Notes under the pieces: model-generated
What the model saw: only the letters and a program-made list of their open reading frames with translations
What the model was told of the DNA's origin: nothing
The model's database searches: none
Program-made: the position numbers and the translations under genes
Source of the DNA: Daphnia carinata
Lineage: Eukaryota
Length of the DNA stretch: 64,000 nt
Assembly: GCF_022539665.2 (NCBI RefSeq)
Contig: NC_081331.1
Span: forward strand, 2,604,001-2,668,000
Direction: 5' to 3'
Part shown: in pieces, positions 28,901 to 42,171 of the stretch
Layout: each line of letters begins with the position of its first letter
Position numbering within the stretch: the first letter of the stretch is position 1

Positions 28901-31900
28901 GGAAACTGGTCCGGCTGTTGGCCTCCCCTCAATTATTTGCGTTAGATTTGTAGTTGCTGAGTGCGTACTATCCAAACTTAGTAGGCGACTAGATGTACAT
29001 GACAATGGCATTTCTAGACTCTGCAGCAGCACCCCCCTCCTTTTGATACAATAGCCGAGCGTATAAAGCTGCACACCACTGTCTGCTGTGTGTTCGCTTC
29101 TGCTTCCCTTTTTTTTTGCTCACCCCGGATCGATGCAAGAAGTTTCACTAGCAGCGAAACAGGCCTTTTTCTTATACATGTACGCGCGTTCCGGCGGGAG
29201 AGAGCTGTATTGCTCGACCATGAAAATACGCTGCTTCTGCTACATCTTTTTTTTTCCCTTCCTTTCTGTTTGTTGTTGCTACTCTCATCGTTTTCTAGCT
29301 GTTGTACATGTTTTACGAGCTAGTAGTAAATAAGGGAAAGGCGGAAGGCGAGTAAAAAAGACGAATCCAAAGTGGTCTAGTGGGGATGAACCGCTCTGTT
29401 GATATTTAAGAAGTAAAGCTATGTCCTCGCGCTCCCCTCCATGTTATAGCACATGACGCACCCTTGACAGGCCCGAATGTCTAAACGGACGGATAACACG
29501 AGCCGTTGTTTCGTTTTGGATAGGGCCGATTGCATCATCAATCTAGTGGAGCTACTAGTGGTGGTACTGAATTTTAATTTTATTTGGGGGAATGTCGATA
29601 CGAAAATATTGTAGGAGAATGGAATTAGCGAACTGCAGCTTCGTGCATACTCGTGCGGGGGGGGGGTCGTTAACGTATGGGAGAGCCATTGATTAGTCGG
29701 GACACAGACGGGGCTCAATCAATCGCGGATTTAAAAAGGCAGGTAAAATGAAAGAGTTTTATTAGCGACTCTGAAGACCATAGAAATGAATTGTGCCAGT
29801 TATCTAACTCTGGATAGAAGCTTTGCTTTTCTTACGTCAAGCTGTTTGTCTAGTCCACAGTTAACTTTCAATCGAATTAACAGTAGGGGGAAAAAAAGGG
29901 CCGCCCAGTTGTGATGCATTTCGCAATGCGTCTGAGTCCGTGATTGCTGCTGATCTCATTAAAAACGAGCACCGCGGGACAATCCTCGGCTAAAGGGGTA
30001 ATTTTGTATTCACTGTAAGAGGGTCAAGAAAACGAACGATGTCAACAGCCACTTGGCAAAAAGATGAGGGATAGACGAGAGTAAAAACGGAAAGAAGAGC
30101 AGTCCTTCTCGAATTATTATCTTTTGCCACTGTGTCCTACCATAAAGGACAAGCAGTAAATCGCAGCGTATGCAAAAGCATCATCATACAAGTTTGGGCA
30201 ACTGAAACGGACAGGGCAGACAGGAGAAGAAAAGAAAAGACCTTATGATGGACGAGCGGGATGAATCGAGCCCATTACGTAAAAGGTTTTTTTTTTCGCA
30301 CACAGCAAAGGGTACAAAAAAAAAGACAGTCGTCATCTGGATGTTGAGCTATTTTGGTCGGGCCGTCAGCCAACAATCCTGCTCACTTTTGTTCCTCACT
30401 ATCTTTTTTATCCCTTTTGAAAAAAAAAAAAACGAAAGAATCGCTATTCACCGTCACGTCTGATTTTCTCTCATTCGTCGAACGAATATTACAAAAAACT
30501 AAAAGAATAAATTGGAGAGTTTAGGAGTGAAAGAAAAGCCATCACTACCCCTCAATGATTGTTCCATCTTCATTTAGCACACTGTCAACGCAAAGAATGT
30601 TTGTATGAGCCAATAGCGAAGAACAGCCTTACAAAAATGTCTCCCGAAATAGAAAAGGGAAACGGTCTTTGCTAGAGTTCCAGCAAAATCTTAACCCAAT
30701 TGAATTGGGAGCCAATAATGAACGAAATCTTAATTTTAAAAGAACGTACATCTTCGTCGTGGTCGAACGCGTTAAAGACGTCGTAAGGCAAGCAGGAGAG
30801 GAGGTCGATGATGAACCAACTCTTGAGGTAATTCATGCGGATGACTTTTGGGTCGGAGACGACCTCGCCGCCCGGCCCGACGAACGTCGTGTGAAAATTG
30901 AGGACAATGTCGATGAAGAAGATGACGTCGACGATCGAGTCGACGACCAGCAAACTGACGTCCTCCGACGTCTTGTTCTTGAAGGCCACGTTGTAGGGCA
31001 CCATGATGGCCGTGTAGAAGGTGAGGCAGAGGATGATCCAGTCCCACAGGGCCTTGAAGGCGCAGTAATGCAGCAAGATGTGCGGCGGCGTTTTCGGCGC
31101 CTCTTGGCGGTACTGCGGCAGGACGTCCGCGTTCAGGCTCATCATCTGTTTTGCGTTTATCGTGAAAAACACGGCAGAAAGAAAATGTATATTACATCCA
31201 ATGAACACTGGTTATTTGTCCAGCCAAAAGATCATCGTGACACTTCCTGCCGGCATTAGAAATACTGGTAACATCAATTCACGAGTCTCTAATTCGTCTG
31301 CTATTTCTCACGTTGGCATATAGAAGCAAAAAAAAACATTTCCCCATAGACTTGTGTACCGTTTCGGCGCATTTACTTTAGATAGCTTCTGATGTGTAGT
31401 TACTTAACGAGAAAACAGTGCGTCGTCCTAAACACTATGGCGTTCCAGATCAAGACAAATAGTTTGGCCCGTGTTTGATGTCGTGTGTCGCCCAGGGATT
31501 GCGAAAACAACGTAAAATGCGAGTTGCACTGGCCAAATGATTTCGAATTGTCTTTTTACGTATACGCGTCGGAGCAAAAGAGAGAAGAAGCAGTTGCATC
31601 TGTTTGCGGAGATGCGTGCCCAGCGTGAGTAGCAGAAACAATCGACTTCATTATCGCTGCACGTGCCATAATAAGAGCGTGTTCTTTTGTTCTCCTTTGG
31701 CTATACTTTCACGCCGAACATTGTTTCGTTCATTTTTCTTTAGTGAGATTTTGTCGGGCTAGGCAACCGTCTTTCTATTGCAAAATGATTACACAAAATC
31801 CTTCCTTCATAAGATCAACATTCATAAAAGAAATCATTTGCTAAAGGATTCAAATGTATGCGCAAAGGCGTGTTAGTTTTCACGAGTGTTGTTACGTAAC

Positions 31901-34900
31901 CCCGTCTCTTTTAAAATACATTTAATGCCGCCGGCAGTGCAATCCCGGTATACGAGTCGAGCTCGTTAGAAGCTACACGTTCGTTAACAAGACGACGAAA
32001 GGGCGTCGTAGCGGCCAACGCTAATGATCTACCGTGTACGCACACGTCTTTCTGCATGCATACGCAATTAAAGACGACTGCACCTTTGTAGTCACGTCTA
32101 ATGGTAAAGTACACGGCGCTCTATGCAAAACACGCGTGTCCACAGGCAGTTTCATATCCCAGGTGTACAGGCGTCGAGTGCGGGATATTCGTGTAACCTG
32201 CTAATGTCGTTGTCGTCACCGTTGAAAAAAAAAAGAAAGGAGAATGGAGGTGAGGAGAGAAACTAAGTGACCGTGGGACGTGTAACAAAAGCAGCGTACA
32301 GGACGAATAATAAATCATCGATTAAAAACTCATGGCTACAGTGCGCGCTGGCAATTGTCGTCCGTGTAACGATCTACGTATAAGTTATATAGCGCCACGT
32401 CATTCCATCCGCAAATCCCCCTTTTTTTTCCCGCATTCGTTTCAGCTCCCCAACGATATTTTATAGTTAAGTATAAATACATAAACTTTTATTGCTTGTG
32501 TTGATGACCTCGTTTAAAAGAAAAAAAGTTTGTCGTTAGGAGAACCTTACGTGAGCAAAGTTGGACTGCTTATTGATGGCAGCCACTTCCTTCGTAGCGG
32601 CCGGGATGTGCGAGGAGAATTGGGAGACCAGAACGGTCCGGCTGCGCGTCACCGAACGAGCCAGTTTGGCGAATTTGCTCAAACCTTTTTTTTTTGTTTT
32701 GTTTTCACCAGCAATTCCGACGGTGTAAATCATCCAGAAGTATTCACATGCAAAGGAAAATAAGATCAATAGAGTTATTTATGGCCGTACTTTTTGTTTG
32801 TTGTATCCTGACGAGATGGCAGTTTTGCCTCTTTTATTATTGACCATATATTATAGTATAACATGTTTTCGTATTAATGTATCGTACATCATCATCATCA
32901 CTGTACACTAGATGTCAATAAGCTTTATTACGCCTAACCGCAAAGGGTATTGATATTTGATAGGTTGTAGTGGCATGCAATATTTCCCTGTCTTTATTTG
33001 TTTTGATGTTAACAAGGCGTGTCTTACGTCTCAGATATCTCGTGCTTATCTGCCTGGCTATTTTTTTTAAATTTAATAAACCGCATCTACAGGTACGTTT
33101 TTGCAAATTAGAGTTGATGATGGCTGTATGGGAAAGAAGAATCTTTACGCAAGGCAAGAAAAAAGAAAGAGAAGGATGCCCATACCTTTGGATTCTTCAC
33201 TCTCGAGCGGCTGCTTGAGGGCCGTGATGTCGCGGAAAGTGCACAAGAAGAGGACGACGACATCGCGCTCGTTTTTAATGGGCGCTATCTGCAACAGCAG
33301 CCACAGCGGCGAACCTGCGTATCCCCGCTAACGACCAATTATGCAGTACAATCGCAACACAACATACAAATAAGGGAAGGAGGAGGGAATTTAATCTACA
33401 AGGAGAATACGTTATAAAAAAAAAATAAGACTTTCACCCGGATTCTATGGTAGAGACATTGTATGTTTTTTTGTTTAAAAAAAAATGGGAATAAAAAGAG
33501 CAAAACAAAGACAGACACCCTCAGGAGAAATGATACACCATCCAATTTGGATTTCTTTCCCCATTTCTAGTTATATGTTTTGTCTGCGCTTTTTTAGTAT
33601 TTGTCTACGTATTTATATCAATGTGTTTCTCAAACAGAAACACTGTGGCATCAACCGGTGTATTCCGTAGCGGCCAAAAATAGAAACCATTTCCCCCGTC
33701 CCTCAAAAAGAGGTTTAAAAAAAAAAGTTTACAAAGAAACCCCTTCGGGATGAACAATGTCGGGATAAAAAGGAAAGAAATGTTTAATATTTAAACGAAG
33801 GAAGAAAAAGAAAATCATACGGTTCTTTTTGTAGAGCAGGATCTCGAACTGGTCTTGAGTGTACTGCTCCAGGCACTCGTCCACCCGCTGGATCGTTTCC
33901 TTGTCCGTCATTTCGCCGCACATGAACGAACACCGGCACGATTTCTGCATCACCTGTATTTCATATAGACATTTGTACAATAGACGGAAAGGAAAACATT
34001 GATCCATCATCGATCCAACCAGAGAGCACATACAAAAATCATTAGCATTTACTGATGTGCTTCATCTCCATCGGGTTGTACACCCCAAGTAGCCTAGACA
34101 TACTACCGGGTATATCGGAGCCCCTCTCTTATTATTTGTTAGGCTTCTTCGATAATCGATAACATGTATCTTAACTCCCCCAATTCTCTCTGTAACTCGC
34201 GTTTTCTTTCTTTATCTAAACGTACGGTGCTGATGTATATATCTTTGCAATCTATTGTGGAGCATAAAAACAATTGAATAGCAAACGTTCTAGTTGAGAG
34301 AGAATTTGGTATAGATAGATCGGATGTTTAGATTATTTTTTGACAAGTTGTAATGAAAACACAATTTTTTTTGTGCGTTTTTACTTCTGCCCGGTTGTAG
34401 CCGGAGATCTTGCAGAAGGATTCGTTGCAGTAGACGATCGGATAGTCGACGATTTGAGCGTTTGCCAGGAGGAAACTGCTGTCGGCTGAGTAAACGTCAA
34501 TCCATTGACAAGCACACGAAGTTTGGAATCAATCAAAAAGGGGAAGAGCAAGTAAACATGTAAAAAAAAAATAGGCAAAAATTAAAAATATGATTCACTG
34601 CATGATTATTTTTTGAGGCTGCACGATGTTGCGTAAGAAGGAACAAAAGCCAATAGCCGTGAATTTTAATTGGAACCTTTTTTTTATATATACTAAGCCC
34701 GTTACGTAACGCGCATAATGGGCGCGTTTCATTGAAGAAAGCTGATTAGAAAAGATAAGTTTGCTCTTGTACTACAAAATAGCTTCTCTATTTGAATCAA
34801 ATACTATTCACGACCTTTGTGAACGTCTCGAAGATAACTCCACTGCAACACTTACTCACGCGTTCGTTTATCCATAACTTTAGTAAAAGAGGCCTGTTAT

Positions 34901-37900
34901 ATAAAACACTGGAGACATCATCGATTGGTCTCATTCTCATACAATGACGCAATCTAAGCCACTTATTCTAGACATTCTTCCCATTACAAGGAGATCGTCA
35001 GTAAGATCTACACATCTAATCACATTGACGCTCTATGATTCAATCTACGTTGAGCTACTCCAACGAGTATCAAGTTCTCATTATAGAACACATTGGAGAT
35101 CCGTCACTTTGATATGCCCTCACATAAGATTGCGAAAGCCAAAAGGCCATCCGATGTCTCCCTTTCTTTTTTTTTGTTCTTTTAAAACACAAACACGGTT
35201 GCTAGGCAACGTGGCGACGAAAAGGATCACACTTTTTGTTTTCTAGCTCCTTTTTTTTATTATTACAGCAGCAACAAAAACAACAGGCTACCATTGCTAT
35301 CTATTTATAAGGACAGGCGTCCGTTGATTTTTCTTTCGAGCTGTTGCTGGCCGGCGTTGCCCGACACGGTGGAGGACGTTTTGATTATTAAGTCTAGCGC
35401 TGTTGCTTGCAAAAGTGACAAAATTCACACATCAGTGAGTCAACCTCTCTTGGGTGTAAACGCGCCGATGTTCCAGCTGTCTTTCTGCCCGTTGCAGCGT
35501 GTCAGTCGGACTGACGGACACGAAACAACAAAAAAAAAAAAACAACAAGAAAATTGCATCATGATCATCAAAAGTGATGTAGATTAACCGGATCTGTTTC
35601 TATTTGTTCAAGTCCAAATTCAGAGTGTCTGCTTTCTGTTCTTCTGAAATTGATCAACCGGTTGGAAAACAACGTTAGACGTTCTTTTTTTCAACGCGTT
35701 GACTTGAAACAATTTACTTCAATTGTTGTAACAGCATCACGTAGCGAAAAAGTGTGGCTGTTTATACACTCGATTGTATTTCCCCCTTTTCCTTTGTTGC
35801 GTTTTTCTCGGAACTGAGAATCCGACCTTTAAAATATTCAGAGAGGAAGAACATGTCAGAATTGTTGAGAATGACTGGCGGGATCGCCTGTAGGATTGAC
35901 GGAGCTTTCCTTCCCCTGATTTAAAAAGCCAGGGATCGTTCCATCAGGAAAGCGGTGGGCTGAATCTATCTATACCGCACACATTCCCAGTCTTTGGTAC
36001 TTTCACCCTCTCGTGCTAATCTCGACATTAAAATCGAGTGCGTGTGTTGCACAGTGGCCCGAAAATGAGGAAATGTCTCTCTCGTGACTTGTTGTTCCAC
36101 CATTTTTTTTTTGTTTTTTGCTTACTTATTTTCCAAACTCGCAATCTTGATTCGATTTTCACTCTTCATCCATCACTTTCCCTTGCTATCTCTTTGCACG
36201 AGAAGCAATGTCTCTGCTTTGCATTTTTGTTTTCATCCCCGCACATTCGTTTTGTTCCGATCCAGCCGTAAATTCTTTGCAGTGCCGAGAAACAACAGGG
36301 GTTATCCAGAAGGAAGAAGATTGAATGATTGAATGACACCGAGGATGGATTTGACAGGATCCAGACGCTCGCATTTCCCCCGTTAAACGAAAAAAAAAGA
36401 GGGGGAAGAGGAAATAGAAAATATCCCTTCCATTACGAAGCATATTGAGTCAAACTTATGAGAGCTTCACCTTAAAAGCTTTAAAGAGAGAAAATCCATC
36501 CGGAATCCATCAGACCTTTCGTCACCCCATTGTTGCGTTTCTTGCCCATACATTTAAAAAGTCCTATGTCAACAAGGAACTATTTTTTTAAACGCTTGTG
36601 CGTGTTTTGGTTGGTGAACTGATCTCCCATTTTTCTATTAGAAAGGATTTTTTAAAATATAATCAGAATTTTTTTTTTTTTAAAGTATGAAATTTTCAGC
36701 TAAGAGAGAGCACAAGGATGGGGTTAAGAAATGGGTTCATACATCAAACTCTTTCGCTTTATGTATGCTCGTTCCGGTTTGACGCTACACGAACGCACAT
36801 GTCGGATTGACATGTGCCTTTTTTTTCCCCCATCTAACTCAACATTCTGTGGTCTAACTTACACTGCTTCCTTTTACACGCATCTTATCCTAACGCTTCA
36901 ACAGACCCGCGTCGTGATTTATCAGTTGACCTACCACCGACTCCATCTACCCCCCCGAGCCGAATTTCAAATTGCTCTTTTGTGCGTTGCTTTCGATCTG
37001 CCGTCCTTAACCGTTGTATTTTAATCGACTCGATTGCCTTTTGTTGAACCTACGATATTCGGCTTCACGTTGCCGGCCCACCTCAATAATTCCGCCATAC
37101 CCAAACTATCCACTATAGCGCGTTCGTTTGTATTGCATACGGAAAATCAATACCAAAGTATATAGGAGCAAGTCAACACGCGACGGTCAGCATAGTCTTA
37201 CCACATGCACACCCACAGACCTTTGCGTCGGCTATATGTATACATACATACATAAAAAATTCGGCCGACTAGGTGGAAGTCTAGCTCGGCTATTGGCACT
37301 CTACACAATCAAGCGAGAGAGACACATCGAAAATGATCGCATCGTTTTCTAAGAAGAAAATACACTGTTGCCATACAACATTCGATTGTATAGCACTGGG
37401 AGTAAACCGCTTAAACGATATGAAAGCATGTGTCCCCGTTGCGTGCATTACATCGTCCAATATATATTTCTTTTTGTGCTCCGCATAACTCCCAGACGGT
37501 CGTCGCCGCCTTGGTCGACTGAACCCTCCCCCAGCATCGTTTTCTTCGTGTGTGTGTGTGTGTGTGTGTGTGGGGTGTGCGTGAAAAAAAAAGAAAGAAA
37601 CTATTCTCCGGGTCTCCTGTTCTATTTTTTTCCACTCTCCTCCTTTCTCACTGGGGGTACAGAACTCTTGTTGACTACTGTCTGGGACTTGTGTTTTCAT
37701 CCCGGCCGTTTCTTTTTCCTTTCTTTTTTGGCGTCGCCCAGCCGAACCGAAAACAGTTACAACTGTACGACCCACACGAGCGAAAAACCAAAATGATGTT
37801 GCCATCAAAATAAAAAACAGAAAGAAAAGGAATCCCTTAGAAGAAGAGGAAAAAAAAATCGAATGACAGCACGAAAACTCGTGTGTGTTTCTGAACGAGT

Positions 37901-39336
37901 CCCAAGTTTTCTGCGTGTCGCTTTCAAATGTTATCATTTTCCAAGAAAAGTATCTTCTTTTTTTTTAATCAAACAAAAAGAACTATGCGCAACGAGATGG
38001 CTTTTAACTGAATTATGCCTACACTATGCATACACAGAGTGAGACAACATGTAAACCAAGTTAACTCCTCCTCCCTTCTGGCCAATGAATTTTAATATTT
38101 CTTTTCTCTCCCCTGTGTCTTTCCAGAACATTGAGGAAGACTTGACGACGTCGGTCGTCGACCATAACCTCAGGTAAGAGATTGCGATTTGTGATGCATC
38201 CGTCCGGAACAGGACATCCTGGGAAACAAGTCTCTGTTGCTCTCTTTTTCATTCGTTTCCCTTGAAAACCACTACGTTCTATTTAGGTGTTGCTACTACC
38301 TCCCCCATATCCTGCGGCAAAGGTAGGCTAAGGACAGAGAGCCCCACTGGAACATCAAAAGATTATTTCCTCCCCACGTACTGTGAGTGTGTCGATCGAT
38401 GGAAATTGATTCGTTCAACTAAGGCATATATAGCTGGACATTTTAGGCTGTTTATGTCCCGTCTTTGTTCGTTGTACCGATGTCCACCGTGTGATGTAGG
38501 ACAACGACTTGCATGGAACATCCAACAACACGCAAGCAAACAGTCGCAACGGTGACCACCCTCTTCCAATACATTCGGGGGTGTATGCACACTATCGTTC
38601 GTCCTTATGTGCCCTATAATACGCACGAGTGCGCACGACAAAAGCTCGTCGTCGTAAAAGAAAGGACGAAAGAAGGGAATATAAAAAAAAAGTCGATAAC
38701 TTTCGGATGACATTTGCCGCTTGTCCTTTGGAAATCATGTTTTGTTGTGTGACAGTTTAAAACAAGAAAACAAGCGGAATAAACATTCAAACGGTGGGCT
38801 ATCTTTTTCCCCTTGGAAATTCCTTTTTTTTCGGACTTTTACGTTGTTGTTCTTGTATTTGCTTTAGTTCGCAAAATGGTGCATAATAAAAAAAAAACCG
38901 TACTAGGTCAGAGCCTCTGTTCCGCGTTTTATTGACGTTGGAAGTTTAAAAGGACGGCTACAAGAAAAGAAGGCGAACGCGCAAGTCTCCCCATCCATGA
39001 CGATGGTTAGGTCGAAATGTCAGAGACCACTATACAACCATATAGCCCTAATCTGAGCAGAGTGCTGGTCAACGTTTGAGCCAGACGCGCAATGATGATC
39101 ACATCAAAGTCATCCGGAGAATGGGCAGTTCACCAAAGAATGTCCAACCATCAAAGCAAAAGGTTATGCAGTTCATCGGTTAGTGACTAAGGCCTATCTT
39201 AGGTTTCAAATAATTTCATGTGTCATCTTTTTTTTTTTAGAATTCAGATGTACTCACGTTGTTGACTGCAACGACGGATGATGTTCTCCAAGAAGGTGTT
39301 TTGCGGGGCCACGAGGCCCCGCCTTCCTCCCGGCAT
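19981..39336 (-). CDS. eag: Voltage-gated potassium channel ether-a-go-go (Kv10/KCNH1-5 subfamily), ~1102 aa, 11 coding exons
   Basis: Exons (-): 39336-39258, 34485-34385, 33953-33821, 33314-33186, 32684-32551, 31145-30750, 27589-27166, 25823-25624, 24482-24230, 22409-22213, 21243-19981; phases are consistent. Motifs: N-cap [25 protein letters not shown] domain, S4 [15 protein letters not shown], pore TSVGFGN, C-linker/CNBHD with LTYNLR, and a C-terminal coiled coil. Confidence 0.96.
23597..23621. repeat. (TC)n microsatellite in an eag intron
   Basis: About 12 TC units. Confidence 0.9.
37548..37572. repeat. (GT)n microsatellite in eag intron 1
   Basis: About 12 GT units. Confidence 0.9.
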
Positions 39337-42171
39337 CACTACCTTGATAGTGTTAATTTTCGAAATGTTGATGGTTCCACTGGGACGATCAGCAAAGAGC
39401 CACCATCGTGGGTGTGCTCACAAAAGTGCAAAAGAAAAAAAATATGGGCTCAAACGAGTCGTTAATCGCACCAGTCGCCTTGTCACTGATTCAGGATAGC
39501 ACCAGAGAAAGAATTTGAAAGACGTTAACGCTACGCAAAGTTTTGCGGCCGAAGTAGGTCTTACAACGGGGCACAAGTATCAGCACTCCATTATGGATGG
39601 GATTTTAGTTTGTTCCAGATCTAAAAACTTGGCTGAGAAGGCCGTGGCAGTTACCTCCGTAGCCAATATCCGGTGGCAAACTTTTCTCTTTGACACGCAC
39701 GAAAAAAAATATACCACAGCGGATACGTCAAAGAGGAATTCGGAAACGGATTGAGAATTATTAAAAATTATTGAGAACAACGCGGAGCAGCACCGAATCC
39801 AAGTTTTCTTCGTCCATTAGCCGACACCTTCTTCTCGGCCGGACATGATTGAAGCTGATAATTCTTTCTTCTGTTTTCCGTTGTTCTTTCACCAAACAAA
39901 CAGCCACACACACACACACATGAAAGACAACAACTTTCCAGATCTCGCCAGATGTGATGGCTTCCCTTTTTTTTTTTTTTGTTTGCTTTTAATGTTTCCT
40001 TATGACATCCGGTGCACAGGGAAAGGCTGCAAGACCGCCAGGACAACGGGCTTACCTTTCCCCCCTTTCGTCAACAGACAAGCGCGTATACACCCCCACG
40101 TAAATTATTCGATTTGCTTTTGGGTCACTCGATAAATATCGATTATGGTTTTTCACCCATCTGTCATATTTGTTCCTAAATTTTAAAACGTCGATAACCG
40201 CAAGTGTTTTTCAATGTTCTTTTCTTTGTGGGTGTTGCGGCAATTGGGAAAAAGAAAGCAAATCTCGTTGTTTGTTGTGGCTGTTTTGGTTTGACTAGTT
40301 GTCGTTACATATCAGCAGCTGGTTGGTCTAGGAGTGTGTTTAATGCCCGAAGCGCCAGCCACGAGCCGAGCGTACAGTCATCGAGTAAACAAGATTACAA
40401 CGAAGACACTAGGAAGAAGGGCGACGTTAAAGCGGGAGGAGGTGGGTGTAGTAGGATTGCTTTTGGTTCACTGCGCTGAGTGGCAGGGTGGAAATGAAAG
40501 TTTCCAGTTCACTCTTGGCCGGTGAACTGCCAATTGGATAATCGATAATAAGCGCTATATAGTCACTGGACACTTTGCATCCAATGATTTCACTGCTCAT
40601 TACATGCAATGACGTCGCCGTGACCGCGTGACGATGAACAGCCGTTGCAACGTCATGCTTGTTGCGGTACAAAATTCTTCCGCACCGGACCAACCCTGAA
40701 AATTCTTGCACCTTGCAAGGGTTCAGCCTGCACTACGGTCGATTGCTTTCCATCACACACACTAACTAAAATAAATAAACAAACAAAAATGAAAATAAAC
40801 ACAAAAAGAAAAAAGGTAAAGCTGAAGAAGCGTTTTGAATGTTATGCCACTTCTGCAAACTTTCACGCACAGCTGACGCACAACGATAGGCCTTCGAAAT
40901 TGCATAGACCAGCACTTTACCCCACACTCACATCCCGTTTAGATCTCTTCCGTTTTCTTCAATTTTTATATCAAATGTATTGTGGTTTTGAATTCGATAA
41001 TGAAAAAATTGTTATGTATTTTTTTTTTTTCAGTTCGTCAGGCGAAGCTTCTATTTTTTTGCTGGTGGCCGTGAGCGCGTAACTTTTGTCGTCTACTCTG
41101 TGCCGCTTCCGTGGCTAACTGTGGCCCGACCGTTCTAGCTCTGGCTGCCACTCTAGTTGTTCCCTCTTAGACGTACGAGCAAAAACCCGGCCAGCCTACT
41201 ACTACTATACCTTCGTCACGCACCCACCCTGTTCCACCCCACACACCTCCCCGACGAAGGACGGAGAATCTGCTGCTTTTGAAACCACCCAGCCGACGTC
41301 TCGTGTGGATTCCGCCCGGGAGCTGCGGCACGGCCACGCAACAAACAACACGAGGGGCAGAGAAAGAGGGAGAAAAGGCCAAAAAGGGGGGCGAAAATGC
41401 AGAGCGCTTGCGTCGCAAGTAGCATTTTTTCATTTCGTTTTTTAAATCCCTGTTTCTGTTCATGCGAATATAGTTTTGCTGACGACTATATTTTGAGGGA
41501 TCCGAAATTTCGTGAATTGATGTGTCACTAGAAAATCATGGAGTATCTTGGCCAGGATTCAAGTCGGAATTAGATTGCTGTTTGCCCATCACCGATTCGT
41601 TATCGGTACTGTATTTGATGGAATCTCCTCAGAGAATTGGCTATCCGCGAATCATGATCTACGATTCCTGGAAGCCCCAAGACAAAATCAAAACTTCACT
41701 TGATCATCTCTTTAATTTGGCATCCACAACATGGAATTGCTCCAAGATTCATAATTTAAAAGTTAGGCGACGAAAACTTTTAGAATGAAAACCTCGTCAA
41801 CAGCCTGAGTTTACCGGCCGTGCCCAGCAGCGTTCAGGGAATTAATGCGCCTATTCTGACTGTGGGAAGAAAGAGAGAAAGAGAATGAGAGAGAGAAAGA
41901 GAGAGACAACATAAGAGAGAAAGAGAGGGAGAGAAGGGGCTTTTATTTGGGCCCGTATTCCAAGCGAGAGCAAAAAATTTTCTTTTCGAGCATTGAAATA
42001 TTAAGAGACAGCAATTGAATTGTTTTTTGTTATTTTAGAGAAGCCTAGTGAGAATAAATTAGTGGTGGAGCGCTTAAATTTCATTTTACATGAATACTAC
42101 AATTCCCTGCGCCTAGCTGTTTTACACTGGTGTTTACGGATTTGACGTTATTTTCGGACTTAAAGTGAGCC

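Noticed and set aside
30669..31259. 196-aa plus-strand ORF, and similar ORFs at 27137-27481, 24201-24518 and 20516-21171
   Set aside because: These are antisense shadows of GC-rich eag exons. They coincide with the exons and have no recognisable motifs.
37290..37937. 215-aa minus-strand ORF in eag intron 1, plus 22732-23313 and 56654-57175
   Set aside because: Low-complexity F/K/HT runs derived from homopolymers and microsatellites, with no domain or exon support.
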